64,000 nucleotides of DNA from Octopus vulgaris (Eukaryota), in the NCBI GenBank assembly GCA_951406725.2, contig OX597817.1, positions 102,052,001-102,116,000 of the forward strand. The letters run 5' to 3'. This document shows, in pieces, positions 1 through 12,759 of this stretch (the first letter of the stretch is position 1; each line of letters starts with the position of its first letter). Under the pieces are notes generated by a model, which saw only the letters and a list, made by a program, of their open reading frames with translations, was not told the origin of the DNA and did not search any database. Made by a program: the position numbers and the translations under genes.

Positions 1-295
1 GTCATGTAAAGGTCCTTGAACGTTTTCATTAGAGATGTCTCAGACACATTCTGAATGTTGGCTGGATCTCAAAAACTCCAGACACACGGGTCCTGAGGAC
101 AGCTGATATCTTGAGTATTAAGGCGATGGTGCACAATTACCGGTTACCTTGGACTGGACACCTTATTAAAATGAAGGATAGCAGGATCCCTAAGCAGATG
201 CTATATGGGGAACGTGTAAATGGAAAGGGACCCCGACAGAAACCAAGGCTGCGATTTAAGGACTGTGTCAAGTCCTCATTAAAGGATCAGAATTT
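1..295 (+). mobile_element. RTE-clade LINE, C-terminal ORF fragment
   Basis: ORF 111..302 contains W-GHL-KM-DSRIPKQMLYGE...RQKPRLRFKDC, the post-RT motif typical of RTE LINEs; similar to 59812..60057. Confidence 0.75.
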
Positions 296-303
296 TTTTT
301 AAA

Positions 304-600
304 GAAAGACAAAAATTCAAAATCAAATCTGATTTTACTTGTGCATCAGAAAACCTGATTTATGTTATAAGATGCTCGGGCTGCCACCAGAACTACATAG
401 GGTACACGGGATTATCACTCAGACGCAGATGCACTGTGCACTGACAGCAGATTGCATTCCCAGAATACAGAATGACACCCTTTAGTGAACACATTGAGAA
501 ATGCACAAAGCAACTACTACCACAATTTGCAATCTTTCCATTTTATCAATGTGCCATTGGAACACCAACACAAGTTAGATTAAATAAGGAATACAAGTCT
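304..600 (+). mobile_element. Penelope-like element GIY-YIG endonuclease fragment (pseudogenised)
   Basis: Manual translation in the frame of ORF 472..690 gives KFKIKSDFTCASENLIYVIRCSGCHQNYIGYTGLSLRRRCTVH*QQIAFPEYRMTPFSEH: LIY/YIG motifs, CxxC and one stop. Confidence 0.8.
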
Positions 601-1104
601 TCGGTAGTTTTTTCATTCTATTTTGTTTTTCATATATCCAAACACGTGCTTTCACATACCAACTCTCTCGAACTCCTGTTTGCTAGCTGATGACTGTTCT
701 GGTCCAGGCACGAAGCAGTCGCAAACATTAAGAAACATTTTGTTCAGCATTCTCGTTCAATGGTTGCCTTCAATGTAACGACTGTTGCTGATTTTGTACC
801 GTAAACTTTGCCTTTTAAATCTCTCCATCAAAAAAGGTCGTTCAGTCTGTGGTCCGGTGGATGCAGAAGGCAACCTCTTCCACCTCTTTGGTAAAATCTC
901 ATCAAAGTAGGCCCTTATTTTAGTATAGTGGTGTGGGGGTATCCTATCTTGCTAGAAATAAAACTGTATATCTTCCAAATCTTCTGCATGGCAGATTGTC
1001 GCAGCACATTTAAGTTATAGGGACCCGTCACACTAGCATAAATAAAGAAGTGACCAACTAGACATTTTGATCATAAACCACATCATACTGTAATTCCTAG
1101 TAAA

Positions 1105-2020
1105 TTGGTTTCGAGTTTTGGCACAAGGGCAACAAGTTCGGGTGTGTGGGGTAGCCGATTACATTGACGTGCACAAGACTTTCTTTCAACCTTTTCTGAT
1201 GAATGCTGAGTTTATCTCATCCCGGGGTTCGATCCCACTGCATGGCAAATGTAATTTTAAAAAAGGTTGCGAGCTGGTAAAATCGTTAGCATTCCGGAAA
1301 AAATGCTTAGCGACATTTCTTCTGGCTTTATGTAGTTAGCTCGAATACTACCGAGGTCGACTTTGCCTTTCTTCCTTTTGGGATCGATAAAATAAAGTGC
1401 CAGTCAAGTACTGCGATCGATATAATCGACTTGCCTCTCACCTCAAAATTTGAAAGAATTATTATTAATAATAATTCTTTCAAGTAAGTCGGCGAGCTGG
1501 CAGAAACGTCAGCACGCCGGACAAAATGCTTAACGGCATTTCGGTCCTTGTTTGTCCTCTCTGTGTTTAGCCCCTTGTGGGTAGTAAAGAAATAGGTATT
1601 TCGTCTGCCGCTGCGTTCTGAGTTCAAATTCCGCCGTTTCGGGCCTTGTGCCTAGTGTAGAAAAGAACAATTCTTTCAAGTATAGGCACAAGGCATGAAA
1701 TTTTGGGGTGGGGGTCAGTCGATTACATCTACCCCAGTGCACAACTGGTATCTATTTTATCAACCCGAAAGGATGAAAGGCAAAGTCAGGCTCAGCAGAA
1801 TTTGAATTTAAAACATAAAGAGTCGGAAGAAATACCTGTAAGCATTTTCTCTGACTCTTTACTAATAATGGTTTCAAATTTTGACACAGAGCCAGCAATT
1901 TCACCGACCCCAGTGTTCAAATGGTAATTATTTTATCGACCCTGAAAGAATAAAAGTAAAGTCGACCTCGGTGAAATTTGAACTCAGAATGTAAAGACAA
2001 ACGAAATGCAGCTAAGCATT
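1105..2020. mobile_element. Cluster of OK-type tRNA-derived SINE copies in both orientations
   Basis: Recurrent ggcgagctggcagaa..gttagcac...ttctgagttcaaattccgcc...gtcgactttgcctttcatcctttcggggtcgataaa motif and its reverse complement. Confidence 0.8.
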
Positions 2021-2621
2021 ATTAAAAATTCCGATTACCACTATCGTATTCATTCGGCATCTTGTTTCTCAGAACTGGAGCGAGATCCAACACTGTGGTT
2101 TCTATTACAATTGGTGAATCCCTTTTATGCATCTTCAAAATATAGCAGTCAAAATATGGAGTTGTATTCGGAATACAATCCTGTCAGTGACTCACATTTA
2201 TGCAGGTAATGTGGGAAAAATTCCAGATTTAGAGGAAATACTGAAATAATTAAGACAACAATGCAATTGTAACATTAAAATACCAATTGAAAGGTATATT
2301 TTATGCTTGTTATATGGGTTACTATCCCATTTTCTTGGTAACTTTCGTGTAGTATTTTCTGTTATGAAAGTAAATGATTACATTAAAAGTATTATGCCAG
2401 TCTATAATAAATAGTCATGAATTGCAATTGTTATTTATTAAATAAGTGTGTGAAATCATTTTTCTTGATTTGGAGTATTTATTATTCGTTCTCCGAACTC
2501 TAAATAAATGCCACTTTTCGTTAGCCAGCTAATCTTTAAACTTCCCTCTCAGTGAAATATATGATACAATTGAAGTGAATTTATTTTTTTAGATATTAAT
2601 ATAGTTTAGTGTATCATAATA

Positions 2622-3224
2622 ATGGTTTCAAATTTTGGTACGCGGTCAGCAATTATGGGGGAGGGGTAAGTCGATTTCGTCGACCCCCACCTCCCAGTAC
2701 TTAACTGGCATTTATTTTGTGGACTCCGAAAGGATGAAGGGCAAAGTCAACCTCGGCGGAATTTGAACTCAGAACGTAAAGGCGGACGAAATGCCGCTAA
2801 ATAATTTGCGTGGCGTGCTAGCAATTCTTTTCTACTCTAGGCACAAGGCCCGAATTTTGTGGGGAGGGGGCCAGTCGATTAGAGCGATCCCAGTATATAA
2901 CTGGTACTTAATTTATCGACCCCGAAAGGATGAAAGGCAAAGTCGACCTCCAGGGAATTTGAATTCAGAACGTAAAGGCGGACGATATACCTATTTCTTT
3001 ACTACTCACAAGGGGCTAAACACAGAGAGGACAATCAAGGACAGACAAACGGATTAAGTCGATTACATCGACCCCAGTGCGTAACTGGTACTTAATTTAT
3101 CGACCCCGAAAGGATGAAAGGCAAAGTCGTCTTCCAGGGAATTTGAATTTAGAACGTAAAGGCGGACGATATACCGCTAAGCATTTCGCCCTGCGTGCTA
3201 ACGTTTCTGCCAGCTCGCCGCCTT
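2622..3224 (-). mobile_element. OK-type SINE cluster (multiple partial/tandem copies)
   Basis: Three repeats of (c/t)ccgaaaggatgaa(a/g)ggcaaagtc...atttgaa...agaacgtaaaggcggacga, ending in ctgccagctcgccgcctt. Confidence 0.85.
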
Positions 3225-4649
3225 AGTGTATCGTAATAACGAGCATCAAAATGACTGTGCAGAAGTGCTACAGAATTATGACGTTATAGAGAACTTAATT
3301 TTTACTTTCTTATTCTGAGTTTACAAATCATCCTTCTGGGATTGATGAAAGAATTTACCAGTTGAGGTTGACTGAATTGACTTCACTCGCTTTCTAAAAT
3401 ATATGGTATTCCTTTCTACTATAGACACAAGGCCTAAATCTTGGGGTTGGGGGTTAGTTGATTTCATCAACCTTAGTACATGAAGAAGAAATTGTGCTAA
3501 GCATTTGGTTCAGTGTGCTAACAATTCTGCCAGTTCGACGCCTTGCATTATACTAATATCAAAAGCATTATTCAAATAATTTACTTCAGGATTCATTGAT
3601 TTTTTTTCACTCAGTTTTCCATGCTGGCATGGGTTCAAAAATTGTCATAGTTCAAGTCTGTTCTTGTTTAAAGTTATAGCCTTTCTAAGTGTCGTGGGAC
3701 TGAACCCAAAACATCATGGTTTGGAAGCAAACAATATTACAAGCAGCAACGGTACACATGTCTTTGGAATACACAGCCAGTTACTGGTAATTCAGTTGAC
3801 CAAACAAGTGAATCCTCACCGTCAAACAGCGGAGATTCATCGAACCACCATTTCCACTGGCTCAGGGACGAAACTTGCTTAGCGGATGCAAACTCAGGTC
3901 CAATATCTTTTACAAACAAGGTCTTACTGTTTTTTAAAAAATTTATTTTTGTTCTTTGTTCTTTGAGAAGAAACCTAACTTCAAGCTATCTTTCACAGAT
4001 CACTTTTTACGCATTGAGAACAGTAAGAAGGGGTGAAAATTTTGATTTTGTACCCAACAAAAATTTTAAGAGGTGCGCTTGCACCCCATCACCCTTCCGT
4101 TCTCAGGCCCATGACCATTTCTGCTGAATGTTTTGTTTGTTGTTGTTATTGTTGCTGTTTAGCCCCTGGCCGAGTAAACTTACTTTCAAAGGCATTCTAA
4201 AAGTGAACATCTCATCTTTATAGGAGTGTGCAGTAACTATATTATCTACTGTAGCTGTTTTTTTTTTTATTTACGTGAGTAGAGTGTGAGCTTATGGAGA
4301 TTTAACTGCTATTTTTAGCATGTTGAACGTTCGAGTAGAGGCTACCGTGAAAGACTTTATAGTACGAAAGCAAATTCTTCTACAAACATCATTTCCTTTT
4401 CATTTTTACGCCCCCTGCCACCGAACAAAAGTTACGGGAGATAACCTCAATTTTAATTTTTTGTAAGTTATCTCCTTTAGACTGCAACATGTTTTGTAGC
4501 CATTATAAATGTTTCTTTTCTTTGTGGTTTCACTTTTTACATCCAACATCACTTTCTCCTAAATACTTTTTAATTGATATAATTTGGTTTAAATCTAGTT
4601 ATGGACAGAATGTTTTTTAATAAAATTTAGATGTCAGCTGGACGTATAT

Positions 4650-6084
4650 CTACTTTTGTTCCTCTCCTGACATCCTACACTTGAGCCTTTACTGCGAGGT
4701 TTGAGAATTTGGGAGGCGTCCCTAATAAAATCGGATGTGGTAAGTCTGCATATGCAGATGACATCACCATCACCGTGTCCAGTGAGGCTCGGTTACCTTG
4801 TATAGAGGATGCAATCAAGGGATACGAGGCGGTGGCAGGGCCGAAGTTAACAAGGACATGTCCATTGGCATGCGGCTCGGCACCTGGAGCGACAAAGTCG
4901 ATAACGTCCAGTGTCGTGGGACACTGGACAGATGGTCCTGTTAAGTTGCTTGGAGTTTGGTTTGGACTGGACTCCCAGACGCAGAAGAATTGGAGCGAGG
5001 CAGCAGGCAGGGTGGAGGCTCTAGTCCAGACTTGGTTTGGACGGGCGCTGTCCCTGAAAGGAAGGGTGGAGGTGGCACAGGTCTTCATTGCATCTGTTAT
5101 CACCTATCGTCTGACCGTTGTCCCTTGTCCCGATACGTGGCTGAGCAAGTTGGCACGACTCCTCTTTCGCTTGTTGTGGAAGGGAGGAAAGCTGCTTGTT
5201 TGCTGCCAGGAACTGCTAAAGGGTGGGTTAGAGATGCCGTGGCTGATGATGTGCAGACATGCACTGAGGCTAAGACATCTCTGGCTCTACATGGATGGTG
5301 GCCAGGTGTGGAATTCGCTTGCGGAAGAATTCTTTCCACGACCGGCTTCCTTGGAGGAATTTACTCCCGATTTGATTAAAAGACGGAACATGACTGGATG
5401 GCAAAAAGAGTGCCGACAGGCACTCGCGCTAATCCACATGGCGGGCAAAGCCGGCAGCGAGAATACCACCTCACTATTTTATAAAGGGATAGTAGAGTTT
5501 AAGAGGGACGACACTCTAGGAGAGACTCTGGGGTTCGATGAGAACCAGCTAACCAACCTGTTTCATAGAACTTTCAGATCGGGGTATTTGGATAATTACC
5601 AAAGATCCCTGACTTGGCAGTGCTATAGGAATGCATTATCCGTTCGAGATTATTTAGACACGGCATTCCAGTGTCACCGACATGCCCAAGGTGTGGGCAG
5701 GATGAGGAAACCGTCCTGCACGCTCTTGTACAGTGTCCGGAGATTTCCGGTTTGATAATTTACGTCGAACACGTTTTGTCGCAGCTAGAAAGAGTACAGC
5801 TGTCAGCTGAGTCTGTGATGAAGACTGTACCGCCGGCCGGACTTTCAAAGGAAGGTGAAGCATGTTTTCTCTGTATAGTCGCCGTTATGAAAGAGTGTAC
5901 TTGGAGGACCAGGATGAAAGGAGTCGCAACAGGAACCTTTATCTCCGGCCCAGGTTTGCTGTATTTCTTCAGATACCATCTGAGGAGCAAGATAGGGCTG
6001 GACAGAAGACATATTTCGCGAGGCATATATGAGAAAAGATGGAAGAATGTTGTGAAGAAGTTGGGAGTGATTGCCCCCACTTAA
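4650..6084 (+). mobile_element. Tx1/L1-clade LINE, 5'-truncated ORF2 (RT C-terminal half plus Cys-rich zinc domain), frameshifted
   Basis: SAYADDIT RT motif, VKLLGVWFG, LSLKGRV and RLLWKG in 4709..5755; CPRCGQDEETVLHALVQC zinc motif in 5671..6084; frameshift near 5650. Confidence 0.85.
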
Positions 6085-6220
6085 TCACATGGCAGAAGGG
6101 TGCAGTCTCTGGCCTTCTGGACCACAGTCAGTATTTAAAAATTTTTAAATGTATCGCGTGTGTACCGTTGGCGATTTTTTTTCCTCTGTCTTCCTTTCTC
6201 TGGATCTTTCCTTCTCCTAT

Positions 6221-6255
6221 GTTTCCGATGAAGAGCTCCTCTCGAAACGTTAAAC
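6221..6255 (+). ncRNA. Minimal type I hammerhead-like motif (variant core)
   Basis: gttt-CCGATGA-a-gag(ctcct)ctc-GAAAC-GTT-aaac: stem I gttt/aaac, stem II gag/ctc, palindromic ACGT stem III. Confidence 0.55.
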
Positions 6256-6370
6256 CCTCCTTCTTTCCTTCCTTCCTGAGCGTCCAATAATACTATATTT
6301 GTTCCACGTCCTCGCATTGTTGTGTTTTCTCTTGTTTGGATTGTTGTGTTGTGTTTTCATGTTTGGATTA

Positions 6371-6375
<5 letters not shown>

Positions 6376-6433
<58 letters not shown>
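6376..6433. repeat. (TA)n microsatellite
   Basis: Direct observation. Confidence 0.95.
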
Positions 6434-6436
<3 letters not shown>

Positions 6437-6757
6437 TGTTATATTTCGGAATGGTCATTTTGCCAGTTTAGCCAATAAAAACACACGCACTATGTATTTG
6501 GTGTTATTTTGCTTCAGTGTTATTTATTTTTTGCATTAATCTTAATCTAATTTCGGCCAGAGTTCTTTCGTCACACTCCTGTGGCCGCATCAATGGTCCT
6601 TTGTTTTCTTTTGTTTTCTTCTTTCTTATTTGTCTCTCCTTACTAACCGTCAGCCATTTTGTATTTCTATTATTATTAAGATTAATGCAAAAATATAACA
6701 ATATCTGTTTCAACACACGATTTCGCATAAAAAATCTTGCACAACAAATATATAAAC

Positions 6758-6798
<41 letters not shown>

Positions 6799-7105
6799 TT
6801 TTAAAGTCATCAAATAAGCTCACCATCTTTAAATGTTTTGTAATGTCCTGTTTTGTCCTTTCTATGTTCGAATGTAAATATTAATAATAAAGAATCATCA
6901 ACAGTTATAAAGAAGACTCCAGTACGTTGCTGGAGTCTTCTCTATGTCATAGAACGCAAACTGCGAAGAAATACTTAAATACACTAAGAAATTAAATCAA
7001 GTTCTGTCTATGAATGTCACTATCTTATATTGCCAGATTTACATGTTTGGAAATTGTTATTCAACCTGAACACATCACAGTTCACTTGTCGTCAACCATA
7101 CATCC

Positions 7106-7175
7106 TGTTATATGTTCATGTCTATGTGTATCCGTAGGTATACGTATATATGAATACATCCCCATTATTAGTACT
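7106..7175 (+). repeat. Truncated 5' LTR
   Basis: 70-bp near-identical copy of the start of 10305-10555; remainder deleted. Confidence 0.85.
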
Positions 7176-10100
7176 CACATTTCAAACAAACACAATAGGC
7201 AGCAGTGTAGATATTATCTCAAGACATAGGATGAAACATACCCACAAGCAGAGAACATGCCAGTACTGTAGTACAGAGCGTGAGTTCAATGACAGGAGGA
7301 AGTGTCCTGCATTTGGTACACACTGCAAATCATGTGGAAAGCCCAACCACCGGAAAAAATGTGTAGACTAACAAAATCTCACAAATACAAGCCCCAACTT
7401 TCAAAGAGGATCGGAAAGCGAAGACAAAGAGATGTACATGCCCAACAACAGGAACAAAACACTTTAGAGGAAGAATTCTTGGCAGTCGGCACAATAAATG
7501 TACATGAGATGGGAAATGACAACCGAAAAAAATGAGGCATACAAAACAATACAAATCCAAAAGAAGTCAGGCAAGAAACGAATAAACATTGACTTAAGGC
7601 TAAAGATTGACACTGGAACCCAGAGTGATGTCTTGCCTGTCAACCTCTACAAAAAGATGTTTCCAGAACACACGACACAATAGGATAAGGTCAAAGAAGG
7701 AATCCTCACACTAAGTGATGGAATCCTGACTACATATGGCTGTACCAGGATTCCACAACTGGGCAAAACAACCATTACAGGGACACACAAAGGAAGAAAA
7801 ATCAAGTGTTCTTTTTATGTCACAAGAATAGAAGGACTCGCAATTCTCGGACCTAATACCTATCAAAAGCTCAACATTGTGGCAATCAAAAGTTAAGGCA
7901 GTTCCGAGCAGGATTGACAGAGATAATGCCTATCAAAGACCGACCACCAGCTAGAAATAAAGATGAACTGATGAGCATATACCCAGAATGTTTTGATGAT
8001 ACAGTCGGATGTTTTGCAAAGTATCGGTACCATATAACATTCGACCCCAACGTCAAGCCAGTTGTCCACCCACCTCGCCGTGTTCCGCTTGAATTAAGAG
8101 AGAAGCTGAATGCTGAGTTGGACAGAATGGAAAAAAAATAACCACCAAAGTGACACGACCAACTGACTGGGTGAATTCAATTGTAATTAAAGAAAAACAC
8201 AATGATACTCTACGAATATGCCTTGACTCCTGGGATCTGAACAAGATTGCTATCCAATTCCAACCCTCGAAGAAATCACACCATCATTAGCTGAATCCAA
8301 GATATTCAGAAAACTGGATGCCAGTAATGGGTACTGGAATGTAAAGATAGACAAAGAATTATCCATGTTCACTACCTTCAACACACCATTTGGCAGATAC
8401 AGATTCAACCGACTCCCATTTGGATTGAAGGTGAGCCAAGATGTCTTCCAGCGCCAAGTAGATGAGACCTACCAAAGCTGCAAGGAGCGATCGGGATAGC
8501 GGACGATATCCAAGTGTATGGCAAGGGAACTCCTAGCAGACGTCTGTGGGAGTGAAAAGTTTCATACATATCTGTATAGCAGACATTTCAGTATTGAGTC
8601 AGACCATCGCCCTCTTGAACAAATAGACAGAAAAAAACTCACAAAAGCGCCAGCCAGACTGCAAAGGTTACTGTTGAGGTTCCAAAAATACGACTACAAT
8701 ATCAAGTACAAGCCAGGAAAGGACCTGATATTGGCGAATGCTCTTTCAAGACTATCATCACATGATAAACAGGAGATGGAAGGACTCAGTGTAAAGATCC
8801 ATCACATTGTAAATGTGACAAATACAAAGCAGGAACAAATCAAAGAGGAAACCAGCAAAGATGAACTCCAGCTTCTTACTCAGATGGTGATTCAGAGGTG
8901 ACCAGAGAAGCGACATCGGGTGTAGCCCCTCATTCGTGAATACTGGGCCATCCATGATGACATATCAGTAGATAATGGAGTCCTGATAGCTGGATCCCGA
9001 ATAATCATACCCAGATTAATGCAAAAAGAAATCCTTGACAAAATCCACCAAGGGCATCTGGGAATGCAAACTCCGAACCAAGTCAGCTGTATATTGTGTA
9101 GGTATGTACAAATACATAGAAAGGATAGTTTCTACATGCCACATCTGTCGAAAGTACAGAAACTCACAACAAAAGGAGGAAATGATACTCAGTGACATCC
9201 CAAGAAGGCCATGGCAAGCTTTTGGAGTAGATCTGCTCACAGAGAACCAAGAATGGTACTTGATTATGGTTTGCTACTATAAATTCCCACTTGTGGGAAA
9301 AATGAAAGACCTGAGAGTCAAAACAATGACTACAGTGGCTCGAGGACTTCTAGTAGAGCAAGGAATACCAGAGCAGATCATATGTGACAATGGAACCCAG
9401 TTCACATCTCAGGAATTCAAAAAGCTAGCCAATAAGTATGGGTTCAACATTATAACTTCATCTCCACACCACACCAAAGGTCATGGATTCATAGAAAGAC
9501 AGGTGCAGACAGCCAAGAGAACACTAGTCAAATACCAAGAAACTAAGGAAGACCCACACCTGGCACTTCTGTCCCTACGAGCAACACCACTGAGGGCTGA
9601 CATGAAGTCCCCAGCAGAAATGCCGAATGGCAGGAAATATAAAACCTCCCTGCCAACATAGATCCAACCTTCTATTGACCAAGAAGAGACAAGGGAAAAG
9701 CTAGCAGCCACTCAAGAACAAGGACAAAAATATTACAACAAACATGCACAATACTTACCTAAGATACTTGGAGGACAACATGTGCATACTCAAGATCCTA
9801 TAACCAAAACATGGATTCCATCACAAGTCGTCAGAGAATCTGAATCTGGTAGGGAGCTGAGACGAAACAGGGCCCACATCCGCCCAACACCAAAGCTATC
9901 AAAGATAACATGCGCAACACCTGCAGCATCAGTGGCAACACCAAGAACTACAACACCCACAGCAGATGACAGCACACACAGAATCATCACCTCAACGGGC
10001 ACCAACCATCCATCAGCAGCCCAATAACACAGCGACATTGCGCACATCTCAGATATCAGTGCAGAGCACAAGATCCACCAGATGGAAACCCAATATCTTA

Positions 10101-10304
10101 CCACCGATTCGATACCGTTAAAGAAAAATAAAGTAAATTATAACTAGTTCTGCTAGATTAGGAAGCAGAAAACTACATGCGTGGGCAGAATAATCTCACG
10201 GTTTCTGCTACAGGATTGCCACCTTCGCTCTAACAATCCACTGGTGTAAGGGAGATTACTTCTATTTTTCCATTGCCAAAAAATACTTCTTTTAAAAGAA
10301 GGGA

Positions 10305-10555
10305 TGTTATATGTTCATGTTTATGTGTATCCGTAGGCATACGTATATATGAATACATCCCCATTATTAGTACTATTTTGTTAAGCGCATTTAGTAAACA
10401 ATATGAATTGTGAATAAAGCGAATACGCACAGTGTGTATCACTCCGCTATACATATACAGTTATAAACATGCCAAGTAAATAAACAAGTAGAATCATAAT
10501 AATGCCTTCAATGAATTGTTTTATTGTCCCAACACAAATCAAAGAATACATAACA
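10305..10555 (+). repeat. 3' LTR (251 bp)
   Basis: Preceded by polypurine tract aaaagaaggga; TG...CA ends; followed by TSD. Confidence 0.85.
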
Positions 10556-10696
10556 CATCCCACATTATTTCATCGTCCAGTTGAACGTAAGTAGCTCAGA
10601 TCATACTGTTCGGCAACCAGGTGAATGACTGAACAGTTCCTCTTTCAGACATACACTACTTAACTCCTGGCATGACTAAAGGGTCCCTGTACTAAA

Positions 10697-12759
10697 GATA
10701 GGCATGAAATATTTTGGCAATATGGTTTGAAATATTTTGGCAAGATGGTTTTGGCAATATGGTTTTGGATATCAGACATTTTGTCTCCGGGACATTTTGG
10801 CACCGTGAAAATTTTTGATTTATTCTAATTGACAACAAATTTGTAATACCAACTTCTAAACTACATAGTTTAGTTTTTTGCTTCACTTCATAGTTATGAA
10901 AGTTTCTTTAATGTTGATCAGATGTGAAAATTTTCTGTAAATGCTTGTTAAATTGAAGAATTGATAATGAAAATAGAACTGGGAGCTGTGAGCTGAAAAA
11001 GCGATGCAAAGCATGGCTACATACAAAGTTACAAACAACGTTAATCTTCTATTCGTATGATGCTTCACCAGTACAAGAAACAGCATATTTTTTAAATAAT
11101 CTAAAAATTGGAGCAGTAGCCTTTTGAGTCCTTGATTGTAGTAATGATTGACAATCATATCTCAAGCTTGTCTAGCTGTTATTCCTGACACTTCTGGTTC
11201 GAGAAAAATAAAACGAAGAAATTATAGTTTAGAGAGTAATACTCCCATTAATCCGACCGATTTACAGAAATTAGATTTGCAAGAACGATACAAAATATAT
11301 ATGTTCCCTAACCAGGTATGCTCGAATTTTTTTTTATTGTGGACCAGGGGTCCTGATGGTATTTTAATCTTCGGAGGAATGACCTGACTCCTCCGTTTAG
11401 TGTCATCTGATATATGGTTTACAAATGATACATTCTGCATTGCTCCGAGCCCCTTTTTTCAAATCTATGTAATTTTAGTAAAAATAAAAGGAAAAGTGTA
11501 ACGAAGTGCGCTCCATTGTGTATGCTGTTTTGCTGAATAAATAACGGACCACATACATGAAAGTATTCGAGTTGTTGAAAGAAAGTGAACCCGACTGAAT
11601 CCAATTTGAGACCTGCTTGAATTGTGTGTGACTTTGAATAAGCTGCACACTGTGCTATGAAAGAATCATTGCCTGGCATGCTTATTTTTAAAAGGATGTT
11701 TTTTTTTTCAGTTTTGCATAAAATCTGCAAAAAACATTTAGTTAGATTGGGTTTCATTTAACTCTACCGCACTGGTCCAGATATTGCGTTGAAAGTAAAA
11801 ATAATTATTGTTCTTGCTCTTGGACTCTTGTGTAAGATTGATGAATATTTGGATGCTCCTGTAACTGAGCTGCCACCAGAACTTCAGATTTTACTCAATT
11901 GGTCTGAAGATCCATACGTTGGTCATCAAAACAGACCTAAAAGTGGAAGACAAGCTCCGCTATTTCTCAACTGAAATGTAGAATCTTTACCATACAAACA
12001 ATCATTTAGAGATGGTCCATCCTCGATTGCGATACGAAATTAGTATGCAATGTCTGATGATATGGAAATTAATGGACTGGCTGCATAAAATACAGAAAGG
12101 AAGAGATGCGTACAATGAGCATTTAATGAACTTTAAAAAATATATAGATGCAGAGAAAAGGATATATAAGAATAAAAGAATAATTTTGAAAACTTGGTTG
12201 CTGTCGAGTACCCGGGGAGTATTGCTTATTATTACGAAATGAAGAACTGAATAAAGTCATCGTTTAGAAAAATTGCATTCTAAGATTTTCATTTATGAAT
12301 ATTTTTCTTGTAAAATTTTCTTTCATTTGTGTATGTAATGGGAGATAACCTCATTTTAACTATTTCTGTGGATCATATGATTAAATTGTTTTCTTCACAG
12401 TCTGTCTCCTTCTCTGTCACTATGCGTGCTTTTGCTTTACGCGCGTAAGAGGAAAACGTATTTGTAGCAATCGAGTTCAATTAATATATTGTAATGTTTG
12501 TCTGTCGGTCTGTCTATCTGTTTGTCTCTCTCTATGTATATTATACGCACTCACACATATACACACATATACACGTACATATCTTTGAGTATGTTTCCGC
12601 ATATGTGCACACGCGCGCGTGTGCGTGTCTAGCGTGTATTTGCCTCCAGTGACAAAAAGTACTATCGGCAAAAGAGCCATCGCTAAAGCTGGTTCAATGT
12701 CCAGTTAGCTGCGCCAAATTGGCAGCGTCCTTAACAGCTGCACCCAATTGTCTCCTATC
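10697..12759 (+). mobile_element. Degenerate Mutator-like (MULE) DNA transposon
   Basis: Transposase remnants (PINPTDLQ...ILIFG; ELPPELQILLNW...YVG...PLF; IWKLMDWLHKIQKGRD); short tandem subterminal repeats at both ends; gatagg/cctatc termini; no TSD found. Confidence 0.7.

Larger units (their letters stand above)
7106..10555 (+). mobile_element. Degenerate Ty3/Gypsy LTR retrotransposon with CATCC target-site duplication
   Basis: CATCC at 7101-7105 and 10556-10560; termini TGTTAT...ATAACA; Gag Cys motifs (CPAFGTHCKSCGKPNH), protease LKIDTG, RT (IADDI near 8495), partial RNase H (SDHRPL), integrase (CHIC, GIPEQIICDNGTQF, ERQVQT); many stops and frameshifts. Confidence 0.9.

Noticed and set aside
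6541-6600. Minus-strand hammerhead-like motif (ttgatgc-ggcca...tggcc-gaaa)
   Set aside because: Two core changes and no convincing stem I; probably a decayed PLE tail, not called as a ribozyme.
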